The position numbers and the translations under genes were made by a program. DNA of 32,000 bases from Opitutales bacterium (GTDB lineage: Bacteria > Verrucomicrobiota > Verrucomicrobiia > Opitutales > Coraliomargaritaceae): the NCBI GenBank assembly GCA_049606355.1, contig JBMYVL010000001.1, positions 106,871-138,870 on the forward strand, in the 5' to 3' direction. Position 1 is the stretch's first letter. Every line of letters starts with the position of its first letter. Of the stretch, positions 15,729-25,786 are shown one piece after another. A model generated the notes under the pieces. The model did not search any database, was not told where the DNA came from, and saw only the letters and a program-made list of their open reading frames with translations.

Positions 15729-17270
15729 TTAATCAGGGCGTTTAAAACGGCGCTTCGGCTGAGCCTTATTCTCTGCAGCGCCTTCTTTCCGCTTAAACGG
15801 TTTGCCCGCGTATTTCTTTTTGGACGCAAACGATCCTTTACTGCGAGAGCCACGATCCGCCGGCCGGCCATAGCTTTTTTTCTTAAAGCCAGTACGTTTG
15901 CCGCCGTGCTTCCCGCCACGCCCCGGACGCGGCGTCTCACTGTAAGGCTCAGTATCTTCGGTAATAGTCTCGGCGTCGCGACTATCCTGCTTGCCGAGGG
16001 CATCGAAAAGCGCACTCGCGATATCAGTCGGCGTATGTCCCGCATCGAGCAAACGATCCACGAGATGCTCATGATTTTTGAAATTACCTTGTTCGAGCCG
16101 ATCACGTATCTGGTTGAAAACTTGATCCGCACGGCGGCCTTCGACCTCCTCCAGCGTAGGGATCTTCATACGGCGCACCACTTGACGCGTGTAGCGCTCA
16201 ATCGCTTCCAGTCGGTAGATATCACGACCATAAACAAAGGTAACAGACTTGCCCGACCGACCCGCACGACCAGTCCGACCAATTCGGTGCACATAATCTT
16301 CAGGATCATACGGCAAGTCATAGTTAAAGACGATATTAACATCATCAATGTCGAGTCCGCGGGCGGCTACATCAGTCGCAACCAGCATCTCCACTGATCC
16401 TTCGCGGAATTTTTTAATGACTCGCTCACGGTTCGACTGTGTAATGTCACCATGGATACGGTCGACGACATACCCGCGCACGGCCAAAGCCTCACACGCT
16501 TCTTCCACCATTTGTTTAGTATTACAGAATACAATACCACGCGGCTCAGTTTCTAAGTCCAACAAACGGCACATCACCTCGATCTTGGATCGGTTGCGGA
16601 CTTCATAATACGTCTGCTCGATAGTGTCGACAGTCAGTGACTTGCGTTCGATGGTTATTTTTTCAGCATCGCGACTGAAGGCCTTGATCAATCCAGAAAC
16701 ACCCTTGTTCATCGTCGCAGAGAAGAAGAGCGTCTGACGCTCGGCAGGCAGTTGGTCGAGAATCACTTCCATGTCCTCGCGGAAGCCCATATCGAGCATA
16801 CGGTCTGCCTCATCCAAAACACACAGACGTATCGCATCTGTCTTAAGCGTCTTACGTTTGAGATGATCCATCACTCGTCCAGGCGTACCCACCACAATAT
16901 GTGCGCCTTTGCGAAGCCCGCGCATTTGGCGATCAATTGGCGCGCCACCGTAAACCGGGATCGCGGTAATGCCTTTTAACGCAGTGGCCAGTCGGTGGAT
17001 CTCTTCACAGACTTGGACTGCTAATTCACGTGTCGGACACAACACGAGAACCTGCGTGGCCTTAAGCTCGAGGTCGATCTGCTCGAGTGCCGGCAAACCA
17101 AAGGCTGCCGTCTTTCCGGAGCCAGTCTGCGAGAGTCCGACGATATCTTTACCGGCGAGTGCGAGCGGTATCGTCTGCGCTTGAATCGGCGAAGGCGACT
17201 CAAAGCCAAGACGGTGAATACTATCCAATAGTTCGGAGCGAAGCCCCAGTTCTGCAAATGTTGTTTCCAT
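15729..17270 (-). CDS. deaD: DEAD-box ATP-dependent RNA helicase (DeaD/CsdA-like) with a Lys/Arg-rich C-terminal tail
   Basis: Q-motif region (TFAELGL...GFESPSPIQ), [11 protein letters not shown] (I), PTRELA (Ia), DEADRML (II), SAT (III) and [10 protein letters not shown] (VI). The basic tail is [18 protein letters not shown]...[11 protein letters not shown] 17270 (METTFAEL) gives the usual N-terminus; an alternative upstream ATG lies at 17324. Confidence 0.85.
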   Translation of the reverse strand: METTFAELGLRSELLDSIHRLGFESPSPIQAQTIPLALAGKDIVGLSQTGSGKTAAFGLPALEQIDLELKATQVLVLCPTRELAVQVCEEIHRLATALKGITAIPVYGGAPIDRQMRGLRKGAHIVVGTPGRVMDHLKRKTLKTDAIRLCVLDEADRMLDMGFREDMEVILDQLPAERQTLFFSATMNKGVSGLIKAFSRDAEKITIERKSLTVDTIEQTYYEVRNRSKIEVMCRLLDLETEPRGIVFCNTKQMVEEACEALAVRGYVVDRIHGDITQSNRERVIKKFREGSVEMLVATDVAARGLDIDDVNIVFNYDLPYDPEDYVHRIGRTGRAGRSGKSVTFVYGRDIYRLEAIERYTRQVVRRMKIPTLEEVEGRRADQVFNQIRDRLEQGNFKNHEHLVDRLLDAGHTPTDIASALFDALGKQDSRDAETITEDTEPYSETPRPGRGGKHGGKRTGFKKKSYGRPADRGSRSKGSFASKKKYAGKPFKRKEGAAENKAQPKRRFKRPD

Positions 17271-17429
17271 ATTATCCGTCGCTGCGCGCCCATCGGAACC
17301 GACCGATACTTGTGCACATGCCAAGTCGCTTATTGTGAGCGAAGGACGGAGGCTGAACGCTAATCTGCTATCTCACAAGTCGCGTTTTCAGAAACCTCGA
17401 GAGGCCCACCGACCTTCAATCGGTGCGAT
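17271..17429 (-). promoter_or_regulatory. ~160-nt structured intergenic/leader region between the pheA stop and the DEAD-box helicase start
   Basis: Plus-strand coordinates: ACTTG (17308-12) pairs with CAAGT (17322-26); TTGTGAG (17333-39) pairs with CTCACAA (17372-78); CACCGA (17407-12) pairs with TCGGTG (17420-25). The 8-mer CAAGTCGC occurs twice (17322-29 and 17376-83), which allows alternative pairings. No function has been shown. Confidence 0.3.
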
Positions 17430-18758
17430 TCAGTCTGATTCTGGGGCGGAGTGCGACGCACATTCAATCGCACGCGCTAAATTCGGATAGCTACCCAGCC
17501 ACTTCACAAAACTGCAATGGGTATTCAACTCTTCAAGCGCAGCCTGTACCGAGCTCTCTTCGTAATGCCCGATGAAATCGATAAAAAAGAGATAGTCCCA
17601 GGCTTTCTTGCGGCTGGGGCGCGACTCGATCTTGCTCAGGTTAATTCCGCGTGTAGCAAATGCATGCAGAGCGCGTTCGAGGGCACCGACCTCGTCCTTC
17701 AATGAAATCACCAAACTCGTCTTATCCCGACCCGACCCAAGTGGCTTTGCATGAGTTTTACCAATTATCAGGAAGCGCGTGACGTTATCATCGCGATCTT
17801 GAATCCCATACGCCTGTATCGGCACCGCATAATGCTGTGCCGATAAAGAACTCGCAACTGCAGCTATCGAGGGATCCTCACTTGCGGTGCGCACTGCATC
17901 TGCAGTACTCACGACATCAACCCAAGGAACGCCCGGCAAGTTCGCTTGCAACCATTCACGACACTGCCCCAGCGCTTGGTCCTTCGAACGCACCGATTGG
18001 ATTGACGCGAGCGGTGACTTTGAAATCAAACAGTGCTCAATCGGCAAATAGACCTGCGAACAAATCTGCAAATCGGATTCGACGAGCATATCCATGGAGT
18101 GAAAGACCGCACCTTCGGTCGAATTTTCAATCGGTATGACGCCATAATCTGCAGTGCCGCCCTCTACTGCCGCAAATACATCGGGTATGGTTTTGATCGC
18201 CTGATACTCGAGGCTGACTCCAAAATTACGAATGGCGGCCTGGTGCGTATAGGTCGCTTCGGGCCCGAGGTACGCAATCACCAGTTTCTTCTCGAGCGAA
18301 ATCGATCCGGAAATCACTTCACGGTACACCGACTGTAAGGTCGTGTTCGAAATCGGCCCGTTATTAAGCCGAGCAATTTTCGCCATGACCTGCGCTTCCC
18401 GAGTGGGGTCGTAGTAATCAGCCCCATGGGCATGCTTGATCTGGCCAATTTCACTGGCGTGCTGCACACGCTCATTGAACAGAGCAACGATCTGCGTATC
18501 CAGAGCATCTACTGTGGCAGGATCGGTACGGATGGCATCGGCCGCTAGCCCAGCCAACATAAGTGTCCGGTAGATCGCCTGCAAGCTGGCATCCGTGAGT
18601 GGCCCCGGATTACAACGTGCGATCTTCTCCAGTACCTGCGCCTCATCATAACCACCATCTTGCCGCACCCGCTGATTGAGCAGTTGTACGATCGTCTGAT
18701 CGATGCGATCGATCGCATCGCGATTTCGCTGCAATTCGGTATTAATATCTTCTGCCAT
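17430..18758 (-). CDS. pheA: bifunctional chorismate mutase / prephenate dehydratase (P-protein) with an extra partial CM-like repeat
   Basis: The AroQ-type CM segment is NERVQHASEIGQIKHAHGADYYDPTREAQV. The PDT domain shows LVIAYLGPEATYTHQAA and IPIENSTEGAV. The C-terminal ACT domain shows TSLVISLKDEVGALERALHAFATRGINLSKIESRP. At 442 aa it is ~70 aa longer than usual because of an N-terminal CM-like duplication. Confidence 0.9.
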   Translation of the reverse strand: MAEDINTELQRNRDAIDRIDQTIVQLLNQRVRQDGGYDEAQVLEKIARCNPGPLTDASLQAIYRTLMLAGLAADAIRTDPATVDALDTQIVALFNERVQHASEIGQIKHAHGADYYDPTREAQVMAKIARLNNGPISNTTLQSVYREVISGSISLEKKLVIAYLGPEATYTHQAAIRNFGVSLEYQAIKTIPDVFAAVEGGTADYGVIPIENSTEGAVFHSMDMLVESDLQICSQVYLPIEHCLISKSPLASIQSVRSKDQALGQCREWLQANLPGVPWVDVVSTADAVRTASEDPSIAAVASSLSAQHYAVPIQAYGIQDRDDNVTRFLIIGKTHAKPLGSGRDKTSLVISLKDEVGALERALHAFATRGINLSKIESRPSRKKAWDYLFFIDFIGHYEESSVQAALEELNTHCSFVKWLGSYPNLARAIECASHSAPESD

Positions 18759-18791
18759 GAGTGCGCGGTCGGAGTGAGCTTAGGATGTGAG

Positions 18792-19589
18792 CTATTCGGG
18801 AATCGCTTCAGGATCCGGCACGGTTGCCGCCGCATCGCTCTCCGCATTTTCTTTCTGCCAGTCGATCTCCGCGTAGGCTGCATCGAGTGGGAGTTCATCT
18901 GCTTTGGGTTCCTCCGCGAGGCCCACATCCTGGTCAGAAATAGCTTCTGCGGGCGCCTCACTTTGCCGCATCCAATCATCGATTTCATGATTACTGAGTA
19001 CATCCGATGCCGGTAACTCATCGAGTTCTTTGATTCCGGAAAACTCGAGGAATTGATCGGTCGTTCCATATTGAATCGGGCGTCCGGGCAGCTCCGCGCG
19101 CCCCGTTACTTGGACGAGCTCCAGCTCAATCAAACGATTCAAAGGGCCGTCGGCCGAGACACCTCGTATGGCCTCAATTTCGGCGCGAGTCACCGGCTGG
19201 CGATACGCGACAATCGCCATCGTCTCAAGCGCGGCAGGGCTCAACTTCATTGGGCGCGGCTCACCACGCAATAAGCGCACGTACTCAGCAAACTGCGGGG
19301 CAGTCACTAATTGATACCCATTCGGCCCTTCAACAATACGATAAGCGCGATCCTCCACTTCTGCCGCATCAGTCAGACTGACCAGAGCCTCCCGAATTTG
19401 ACTCTGGGTGACCAAGCTCGGAAACTCCACCTCGGTCGCATCCACTTCGGTCGATTCATTCGCCGCCTCGGCCGCCTCCAATTGTTCCTGATGATGGCGC
19501 GCGAAGATTTTAACGATGTCTTTGAGCGTGACCGGCTCTGCGGTGGATAACAGCAGCGCCTCCAGAGTCTTTTTCAGATCAATTTCCAT
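18792..19589 (-). CDS. scpB: SMC-ScpAB complex subunit ScpB (segregation and condensation protein B)
   Basis: LEALLLSTAEPVTLKDI, YRIVEGPNGYQLVT, LSPAALETMAIVAYRQPVTRAEIEAIRGV and VTGRAELPGRPIQYGTTDQFLEFSGI are canonical ScpB winged-helix blocks. An acidic C-terminal extension of ~70 aa follows. Confidence 0.85.
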   Translation of the reverse strand: MEIDLKKTLEALLLSTAEPVTLKDIVKIFARHHQEQLEAAEAANESTEVDATEVEFPSLVTQSQIREALVSLTDAAEVEDRAYRIVEGPNGYQLVTAPQFAEYVRLLRGEPRPMKLSPAALETMAIVAYRQPVTRAEIEAIRGVSADGPLNRLIELELVQVTGRAELPGRPIQYGTTDQFLEFSGIKELDELPASDVLSNHEIDDWMRQSEAPAEAISDQDVGLAEEPKADELPLDAAYAEIDWQKENAESDAAATVPDPEAIPE

Positions 19590-19716
19590 AATGCTCAGTA
19601 GCTAAAAAATCATTGCGGGATATGTTGAACAGCAAAAAGGGTATTGTGATTCAGGCACCAATCCATTGAATCCTGCGGTTTCCGCAACGAGAAAGACACA
19701 ATCCGTACTATTTATC

Positions 19717-21432
19717 ATGGCAACGAAACACACACGCCCGTACTCCTCCACCGTAGTCGATGGTAACGACCGCGCCCCAGCCCGCTCGATGCTACGCGCC
19801 GTCGGATTTAAGGATGAAGATTTTCAAAAGCCGCAGGTCGCAGTCGCCAGCTCTCCGAGCGACTTAACTCCATGCAATATGCATCTCGGGGATCTCGCCA
19901 GCCACGCAACCAACGGCATCAATGCCGCAGGCGGCAAGGCAGTAAATTTCAGTACGATTACCGTTTCCGATGGAATCTCCATGGGCACCAAGGGCATGCG
20001 CTACAGCCTCGTCTCCCGCGATGTCATCGCCGATTCTATTGAGACAACGGTTGCCGCAGAAGGCTTCGATGGTCTCGTCGCCATCGGTGGCTGCGATAAA
20101 AACATGCCCGGCTGCATGATCGCCCTCGCCCGCCTCAATCGTCCCGCCGTTTTTGTTTACGGTGGCACGATTCTACCCGGGTTTCTGCCCAAGGACAAAG
20201 ATGAGGAATGCAACGCCATGGATATCGTATCCGTCTTCGAAGCAGTCGGCAAACATGCGAAAGGCGAACTCACCGATGCCGAGCTCAAGGAAGTCGAACA
20301 ATATGCGATCCCCGGCCCCGGTTCCTGTGGCGGTATGTACACGGCGAATACCATGGCTAGCGCCATCGAAGCGCTGGGGATGAGCCTGCCCGGTAGTTCT
20401 GCACAAGTCGCGGTTGGCGAAGCTAAACGCAAAGACTGCGAGATGGCCGGGGCAGCTGTCCTTAAGATGCTGGAAAATGACATTAAGCCGCGCGATATCA
20501 TGACGCGCCATGCATTCGAAAATGCCATTACCACCTGCCTGGCACTCGGCGGTTCCACCAATTTAATTCTGCATCTACTCGCGATTGCCCATTCGGCAGA
20601 TGTCGACCTAACAATTGATGACTTTAAAGAAATCGGCGAGCGCATCCCGCTCCTCGCCGATGTGAAGCCATTTGGCCGTTACAATATGAGCCACTTAATT
20701 CGTATCGGCGGCATCCGCCCGATGATGAAACTATTACTGGACCGAGGATACCTGCACGGGGATTGCCTCACCGTCACCGGTGAGACCATCGCAGAATCCC
20801 TCAAAGACGAAAAACCCTATGCCAGTTACCCGGACGAGCAGGATATCATTCGCCCATGGGACGACCCCATAAAGGAAAGTACGCATCTGCGCATCTTGCG
20901 TGGCAACCTCGCACCTGAAGGTGCCGTTGGTAAGATCACCGGCAAGGAGGGCCTCTACTTCAAAGGTACGGCCAAAGTTTACGAAGGTGAAGAAGCGGCC
21001 CTAGTGGGGATCCTGCGCGGCGATGTCGTCGCGGGCGATGTCGTGGTCATTCGCAACGAAGGCCCTGTAGGTGGACCCGGCATGCGTGAGATGCTGTCAC
21101 CCACCAGTGCGGTGGCGGGACGCGGCCTGATTAAGGAAGTAGCCCTTATTACCGACGGACGATTCTCCGGAGGGAGTCATGGATTTGACGTTGGCCATAT
21201 TTGTCCTGAGGCTGCCAAAGGTGGCCCGATCGGGATCGTGCAAAGCGGTGATGCGATCGAAATCGACGCCGTGCAAAATACGATCAACTTGCTGATCGAC
21301 GACGCCGAATACGCTGCGCGCATGGCGGCCTTTAAACCCACGGGGGCAGGCGAGAAACGCGGTGTACTGGGTAAATACGCCGCACTCGTCGCGACCGCCT
21401 CCGAAGGCGCAGTAACCGACAAACATCTCTAA
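19717..21432 (+). CDS. ilvD: dihydroxy-acid dehydratase
   Basis: IlvD/Edd family blocks are present: [45 protein letters not shown] 19717 ([11 protein letters not shown]) is the likely start; the track ORF opens at TTG 19666. Confidence 0.95.
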   Translation: MATKHTRPYSSTVVDGNDRAPARSMLRAVGFKDEDFQKPQVAVASSPSDLTPCNMHLGDLASHATNGINAAGGKAVNFSTITVSDGISMGTKGMRYSLVSRDVIADSIETTVAAEGFDGLVAIGGCDKNMPGCMIALARLNRPAVFVYGGTILPGFLPKDKDEECNAMDIVSVFEAVGKHAKGELTDAELKEVEQYAIPGPGSCGGMYTANTMASAIEALGMSLPGSSAQVAVGEAKRKDCEMAGAAVLKMLENDIKPRDIMTRHAFENAITTCLALGGSTNLILHLLAIAHSADVDLTIDDFKEIGERIPLLADVKPFGRYNMSHLIRIGGIRPMMKLLLDRGYLHGDCLTVTGETIAESLKDEKPYASYPDEQDIIRPWDDPIKESTHLRILRGNLAPEGAVGKITGKEGLYFKGTAKVYEGEEAALVGILRGDVVAGDVVVIRNEGPVGGPGMREMLSPTSAVAGRGLIKEVALITDGRFSGGSHGFDVGHICPEAAKGGPIGIVQSGDAIEIDAVQNTINLLIDDAEYAARMAAFKPTGAGEKRGVLGKYAALVATASEGAVTDKHL

Positions 21433-21500
21433 GCGCCCTCTTGGCGATGACTGTATCGATCCGTCACTTTTAAATCACCACTACACAATCTAAAATAAAC

Positions 21501-23075
21501 ATGTCCTGGGAACGTTTCACGCAATACTACCTTGAACTACCCGAGCTTGATTTTGCGCTCGATATCAGCCGCATCAATTTCGGTGATCATTTCTTCGCCG
21601 AGATGGAGCCGCGCATTCAAGCCGCGTACCAAGCGATGCAAGCACTCGAAGCCGGCGCGATCGCCAACCCGGACGAGAACCGCAGGGTCGGGCATTACTG
21701 GCTACGCAACGCGGCGCTGGCTCCCGACCTGCAACAGACCAACGCGATCGAACAGTGCCTCGCCGACATTCAACAACTCGCCGCAGACGTGCACAGTGGT
21801 GGCATTCGTGGCGCTAGCGGAGCCTTCAAAAACTGCTTAATTATTGGCATTGGCGGTTCAGCCCTCGGTCCACAATTCGTAGCGGATGCTCTCGGCTGCC
21901 CTAAAGCCGACAAGATGAAGTTGTTCTTTTTCGATAATACGGATCCAGACGGCATCGATCGCACCCTAGCCGCCCTGGAGGGGCAACTCGGCGAAACCCT
22001 CGCTGTGGTGATTTCGAAATCAGGTGGCACTCCGGAAACCCGCAACGGAATGCTCGAAGCGGAAGCAGCCTACAAGGCAGCGGGATTCGACTTCGCCAAG
22101 CACGCGATCGCCATCACCGGTGCAGGCTCCAAGCTACACAGTTATGCAAAGGACAACAACTGGTTGGCGGATCTTCCCATGTGGGATTGGGTCGGTGGTC
22201 GCACCTCGGAACTTGCCGCCGTTGGGTTGCTTCCCGCTGCCTTGCAAGGCTTGGCGATCGATCGCATTTTAGCCGGTGCGGCCGCCATGGATGACGCGAC
22301 CCGCAAGCCTGAAACTGCCCGCAACCCGGCCGCGCTCCTCGCACTCATGTGGTACCACGCGACCAATGGCAAAGGGGATAAGGACATGGTCGTCCTGCCC
22401 TATAAAGACCGCCTGATGCTTTTTTCTAAATACCTGCAACAGCTGGTCATGGAATCACTCGGCAAGGAGTTTGACCTCGATGGCAACACGGTCAGTCAGG
22501 GCATCGCCGTTTATGGCAACAAAGGCTCCACCGACCAACACGCCTATGTGCAACAACTCCGAGAGGGCGTACACAATTTCTTTGTGACCTTTATCGAAGT
22601 ACTGAAGGATCGCGCGGGCAAGTCGATCGAAGTTGAGGAAGGCATTACGACTGGCGACTTCCTGCAAGGATTCTACCTCGGTACGCGCGATGCACTCCAT
22701 GAAAAGGGGCGTCAATCGCTTACGATTACCATTAAGGAGGTCACCCCTGAAGCGGTCGGGCAACTCATCGCCCTTTTTGAGCGCGCCGTTGGTTTCTATG
22801 CCAGCTTGGTGAATATAAATGCTTACCACCAGCCGGGAGTTGAGGCGGGCAAAAAGGCTGCTGCAGGGGTATTGGAGCTCGAGCGCAAGCTACTCGATAC
22901 GCTCCGCGAATCCAACGAATCGATGACGGTTGCAGGACTCGCAAGCAAGTTGGCCCTTGAAGCACAAAAGGAATTAATCTTTAAGCTGTTAAATCGACTC
23001 GCAATGAATGATCGGGGCATCACGGTCGTCAAAGGAAGCTGCCTCGAGACGACCACTTACTCGATCGCTTCCTAA
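21501..23075 (+). CDS. pgi: glucose-6-phosphate isomerase
   Basis: 524 aa. PGI family blocks are [34 protein letters not shown] and [12 protein letters not shown]-like [14 protein letters not shown]. Confidence 0.95.
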   Translation: MSWERFTQYYLELPELDFALDISRINFGDHFFAEMEPRIQAAYQAMQALEAGAIANPDENRRVGHYWLRNAALAPDLQQTNAIEQCLADIQQLAADVHSGGIRGASGAFKNCLIIGIGGSALGPQFVADALGCPKADKMKLFFFDNTDPDGIDRTLAALEGQLGETLAVVISKSGGTPETRNGMLEAEAAYKAAGFDFAKHAIAITGAGSKLHSYAKDNNWLADLPMWDWVGGRTSELAAVGLLPAALQGLAIDRILAGAAAMDDATRKPETARNPAALLALMWYHATNGKGDKDMVVLPYKDRLMLFSKYLQQLVMESLGKEFDLDGNTVSQGIAVYGNKGSTDQHAYVQQLREGVHNFFVTFIEVLKDRAGKSIEVEEGITTGDFLQGFYLGTRDALHEKGRQSLTITIKEVTPEAVGQLIALFERAVGFYASLVNINAYHQPGVEAGKKAAAGVLELERKLLDTLRESNESMTVAGLASKLALEAQKELIFKLLNRLAMNDRGITVVKGSCLETTTYSIAS

Positions 23076-23093
23076 TTGGGTCTCAGGATACAC

Positions 23094-23537
23094 ATGAAAC
23101 GCCTCTCTTTGATTTTACGCGGCATCGCCATTATCACAGCCATCCTTGCATCCGTTCTTTTTTTTGCAGCACAAGGCAAACTAGAAGAAAAAGATGCCGA
23201 ACTTAAAGAATCATTGGAGGCTCAAAACAAGCTACGCGAAGATCTCGCCCGCGCCGGTGATGAAGTGCTACAGCTAAACGCAAGTATCACTGATACCCGC
23301 AATGCTCTAGCCAGAAGCAAGAGTGAGCTCGATGCAAGCCGTGCCGAATTGTATTCGGCCAAGCAGGAAATTAGTCGTAACCAAACACAATTGAAACAGG
23401 CGCAAAACGAGATCAATAACTTGCAGATCGACCTCAAAAACGCACGCGGCCAACTCATTGAAGCCGAGCGAACCCTTGCGACCGGCACTGAGCGGCAGGC
23501 TTCGACCACAGGCACTGCCGTTCGTATTTCACCCTAA
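23094..23537 (+). CDS. hypothetical membrane-anchored coiled-coil protein
   Basis: An N-terminal hydrophobic helix (LSLILRGIAIITAILASVLFFAA) is followed by ~110 aa of heptad-like, Glu/Lys/Gln/Leu-rich sequence. I recognise no family. ATG 23094 (MKRLS) is preferred over TTG 23076. Confidence 0.55.
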   Translation: MKRLSLILRGIAIITAILASVLFFAAQGKLEEKDAELKESLEAQNKLREDLARAGDEVLQLNASITDTRNALARSKSELDASRAELYSAKQEISRNQTQLKQAQNEINNLQIDLKNARGQLIEAERTLATGTERQASTTGTAVRISP

Positions 23538-23560
23538 TGCTCAACAACCCAGGAATCCGA

Positions 23561-23704
23561 ATGATCCAACGTCTGCTACTACTCTTTTCCATTCTATTTT
23601 TTGCTCTATGCCTGACTGGCTGCTTCGATAGTGATGTCGACGATCAATCAGTCCCATGGGGCCGTCCCAAATCCTGGGAGCATGGAGCTCCAGGCTTTCG
23701 TTGA
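23561..23704 (+). CDS. putative 47-aa lipoprotein (below the ORF-track size cut-off)
   Basis: Hand translation gives MIQRLLLLFSILFFALCLTGCFDSDVDDQSVPWGRPKSWEHGAPGFR*. A signal-peptide-like N-terminus ends in the lipobox L-T-G-C. The ORF fills the gap between the coiled-coil ORF and rsmI. Confidence 0.4.
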   Translation: MIQRLLLLFSILFFALCLTGCFDSDVDDQSVPWGRPKSWEHGAPGFR

Positions 23705-23717
23705 GCCACTACACTGA

Positions 23718-24425
23718 ATGCCTTCCGACAGTCGCAGTGGTTCGCTAACACTCGTAGCCGTCCCCATCGGTAATTTGGGAGACTGCTCCACTCGCGCTCG
23801 CGAAGTGCTCAGCGCTGCAAGCGCTATCGCCTGCGAAGACACACGGGTCACCGGCAAATTGCTTGCAAAGCTCGGCATCAGCGATCGGCCTGAACTAATC
23901 TCCTATCGCGAGCAGAATGAAACGTTTATGGCGACGCAGTTGGCCGATCGAATCGCTGCAGGCGAACCGTTGGTGCTTGTCGCCGATGCCGGAACCCCTG
24001 CGATCAGCGACCCCGGCTTTCGGCTTGTGCGCGAATGCCATCGCCGCGGCTTGACGGTTACTACCACACCAGGACCCAGTGCCGCCATTACCGCTCTCTC
24101 GATTTCAGGACTGCCCAGTGACGGCTTTTTCTATGCCGGATTCCTCCCGCCGAAAAGTGCCGCGCGCAAACGATTTTTTACCACGTATCAGGATTTCAAT
24201 TACACCATCGTCCTCTACGAGTCCTGCCATCGAATCGGAAAGTTTATCGATGATCTCATTGAAACACTAGGTACGGAGCGCTGCATCTCGGTGGCTCGCG
24301 AACTGACAAAAATACACGAAACCGTGTTCAGTGGGCCTGCGACTGAAGTACAAATGCGAGTTACACAAGCGAGCCAAAAGGGTGAATTCGTCATCTGCAT
24401 CGCCAAGAAAGATTTCGTGCTCTAG
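23718..24425 (+). CDS. rsmI: 16S rRNA (cytidine1402-2'-O)-methyltransferase
   Basis: The tetrapyrrole-methylase-fold RsmI blocks are LVAVPIGNLGDCSTRAREVL, IACEDTRVTGKLL, DAGTPAISDPG and LYESCHRI. Confidence 0.9.
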   Translation: MPSDSRSGSLTLVAVPIGNLGDCSTRAREVLSAASAIACEDTRVTGKLLAKLGISDRPELISYREQNETFMATQLADRIAAGEPLVLVADAGTPAISDPGFRLVRECHRRGLTVTTTPGPSAAITALSISGLPSDGFFYAGFLPPKSAARKRFFTTYQDFNYTIVLYESCHRIGKFIDDLIETLGTERCISVARELTKIHETVFSGPATEVQMRVTQASQKGEFVICIAKKDFVL

Positions 24426-25786
24426 CTTTCTTCAAGCAGTGCTTGAATTCGATCATGCTCTAGCTTGCCATTCGCTGTAACTGGTAGCGCTTCGACACAA
24501 ATCATGACTTTCGGACGTTTGTAATCGACCATATGTGCGCGCAACCACTCATTCAGCCCTGAGGCTTGACGCTGTTCATTGCTTGGCGTGTAGAAGGCAA
24601 TTAATTTCTCCCCCCACTCCACGTCCGGCCAACCTAAGACCAATACCTCTTTGGCGTAGCCCGACTCAAGGAGTACAGTTTCTACCTCGAGTGGATCTAT
24701 TTTCTCGCCGCCACTATTCACGATGCGGTCGCTACGACCCAGAACATGCAGATACCCCTGTGCATCGAGCACTCCTTCATCATCCGTCGTGAATGCCTCT
24801 TCGCAACGGAGGGTCCTACCCCTGGCATGATACCCACGAAATAAGGCCGGGGAGGACACACGGATACGACCCGCTTGGCCGACAGCGCAGCAGCGTCCGT
24901 CTTCCTGTACGACCTCAAGTTTTACATTGGGCAAGGCGCGGCCTGCATTTGATGCGCCCGATAGAAAATCCTGTGCCGGTAATGCCGCAACCATTGCCGC
25001 CGTTTCAGTCATTCCGTAGGATAATACGAGCGGTAAGCCTTCTGCGCGTGCCGACTCGGCAAGCTGAGAATGCAACGAGGCTCCACCAATAAAAATTGCA
25101 CGTAGCGAGCGGCAATAATCAACACATGCTGGGTCTTGCAATAAGCGCTGCAATTGAGTCGGCACCAAAGACAGTGTTAACGCCGCCGCTTGAAAATTCG
25201 GTCGCATGCCGCCAAGCAGATCCTTCCAAGGCAGCACAAATAAACGCCCACCGGTTGCCCATGTGCGCACCAGCTGCATCAGACCACTCACGTGATACAA
25301 CGGTAAGGTGCAGCAGGCGTTCACCGGACCGCCTCCCAAAAAATCAGCCACTCCAGGACAGGCAGACAACAAGCCCTCCCATGTATGCACCGCAAATTTG
25401 ATGCGCCCAGATGTGCCACCTGTGGGAATGAGGATTGTGCCTGGCTCTAATTGCGGCCCAGCCTCAGTTGGCAGTTGCTCCAGTAGTGACCTTCCAAAAA
25501 TAAAAGCTGGGCGCACTTGGTTGGCGACTGCGCTCCATTCCGCTCGGCGCCATTGTGGGTTTGCTAAAATAACGGGAACCTGCAGATAAATTGCCGCACA
25601 CAAGGCCGCCGCAAATGAAATCGGGTCGCGTTCGACAATTAGGACCCCATGCTGGCGTGCCGGTGTCTCGCGTGCACGAATTTGCTGCACTCGGCGCAAC
25701 ACGCGACGGTAAAAGGAATGCCCTGAAACTCCGTCGATCCAGTCGCGATCAAACTCACTCAGTCGCAATCTGGGAGTTGTTTCCAT
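24422..25786 (-). CDS. menE: o-succinylbenzoate--CoA ligase (ANL/AMP-binding superfamily)
   Basis: ANL motifs are IPTGGTSGRIKF (P-loop-like), YGMTET, FTTDDEG and GRSDRIVNSGGEKI, with a C-terminal K (NGKLEH). The short MenE-like size (454 aa) and the overlap with menC support the specific call. Confidence 0.75.
   Translation of the reverse strand: METTPRLRLSEFDRDWIDGVSGHSFYRRVLRRVQQIRARETPARQHGVLIVERDPISFAAALCAAIYLQVPVILANPQWRRAEWSAVANQVRPAFIFGRSLLEQLPTEAGPQLEPGTILIPTGGTSGRIKFAVHTWEGLLSACPGVADFLGGGPVNACCTLPLYHVSGLMQLVRTWATGGRLFVLPWKDLLGGMRPNFQAAALTLSLVPTQLQRLLQDPACVDYCRSLRAIFIGGASLHSQLAESARAEGLPLVLSYGMTETAAMVAALPAQDFLSGASNAGRALPNVKLEVVQEDGRCCAVGQAGRIRVSSPALFRGYHARGRTLRCEEAFTTDDEGVLDAQGYLHVLGRSDRIVNSGGEKIDPLEVETVLLESGYAKEVLVLGWPDVEWGEKLIAFYTPSNEQRQASGLNEWLRAHMVDYKRPKVMICVEALPVTANGKLEHDRIQALLEES

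Noticed and set aside
15606-16397. A 263-aa plus-strand ORF (and the 168-aa ORF at 15626-16132 on the minus strand in another frame) overlapping the DEAD-box helicase C-terminus.
   Set aside because: It is antisense or out of frame relative to a gene with complete DEAD-box motifs. Its composition is low-complexity and Arg/Ser/Leu-rich, with no independent signals.
17407-17425. The hairpin CACCGA-N7-TCGGTG just downstream of the pheA stop, considered as an intrinsic terminator.
   Set aside because: The stem is only 6 bp and no U-tract follows on the transcribed (minus) strand. I kept it only as part of the structured leader description.
23154-23166. A homopolymeric T-run inside the coiled-coil ORF that, on my hand count, looked like a possible frameshift or phase-variation site.
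   Set aside because: The supplied ORF track reads straight through it (…SVLFFAAQGK…). My apparent 1-nt discrepancy is most likely a counting error in a homopolymer, and the run is short for slipped-strand switching.
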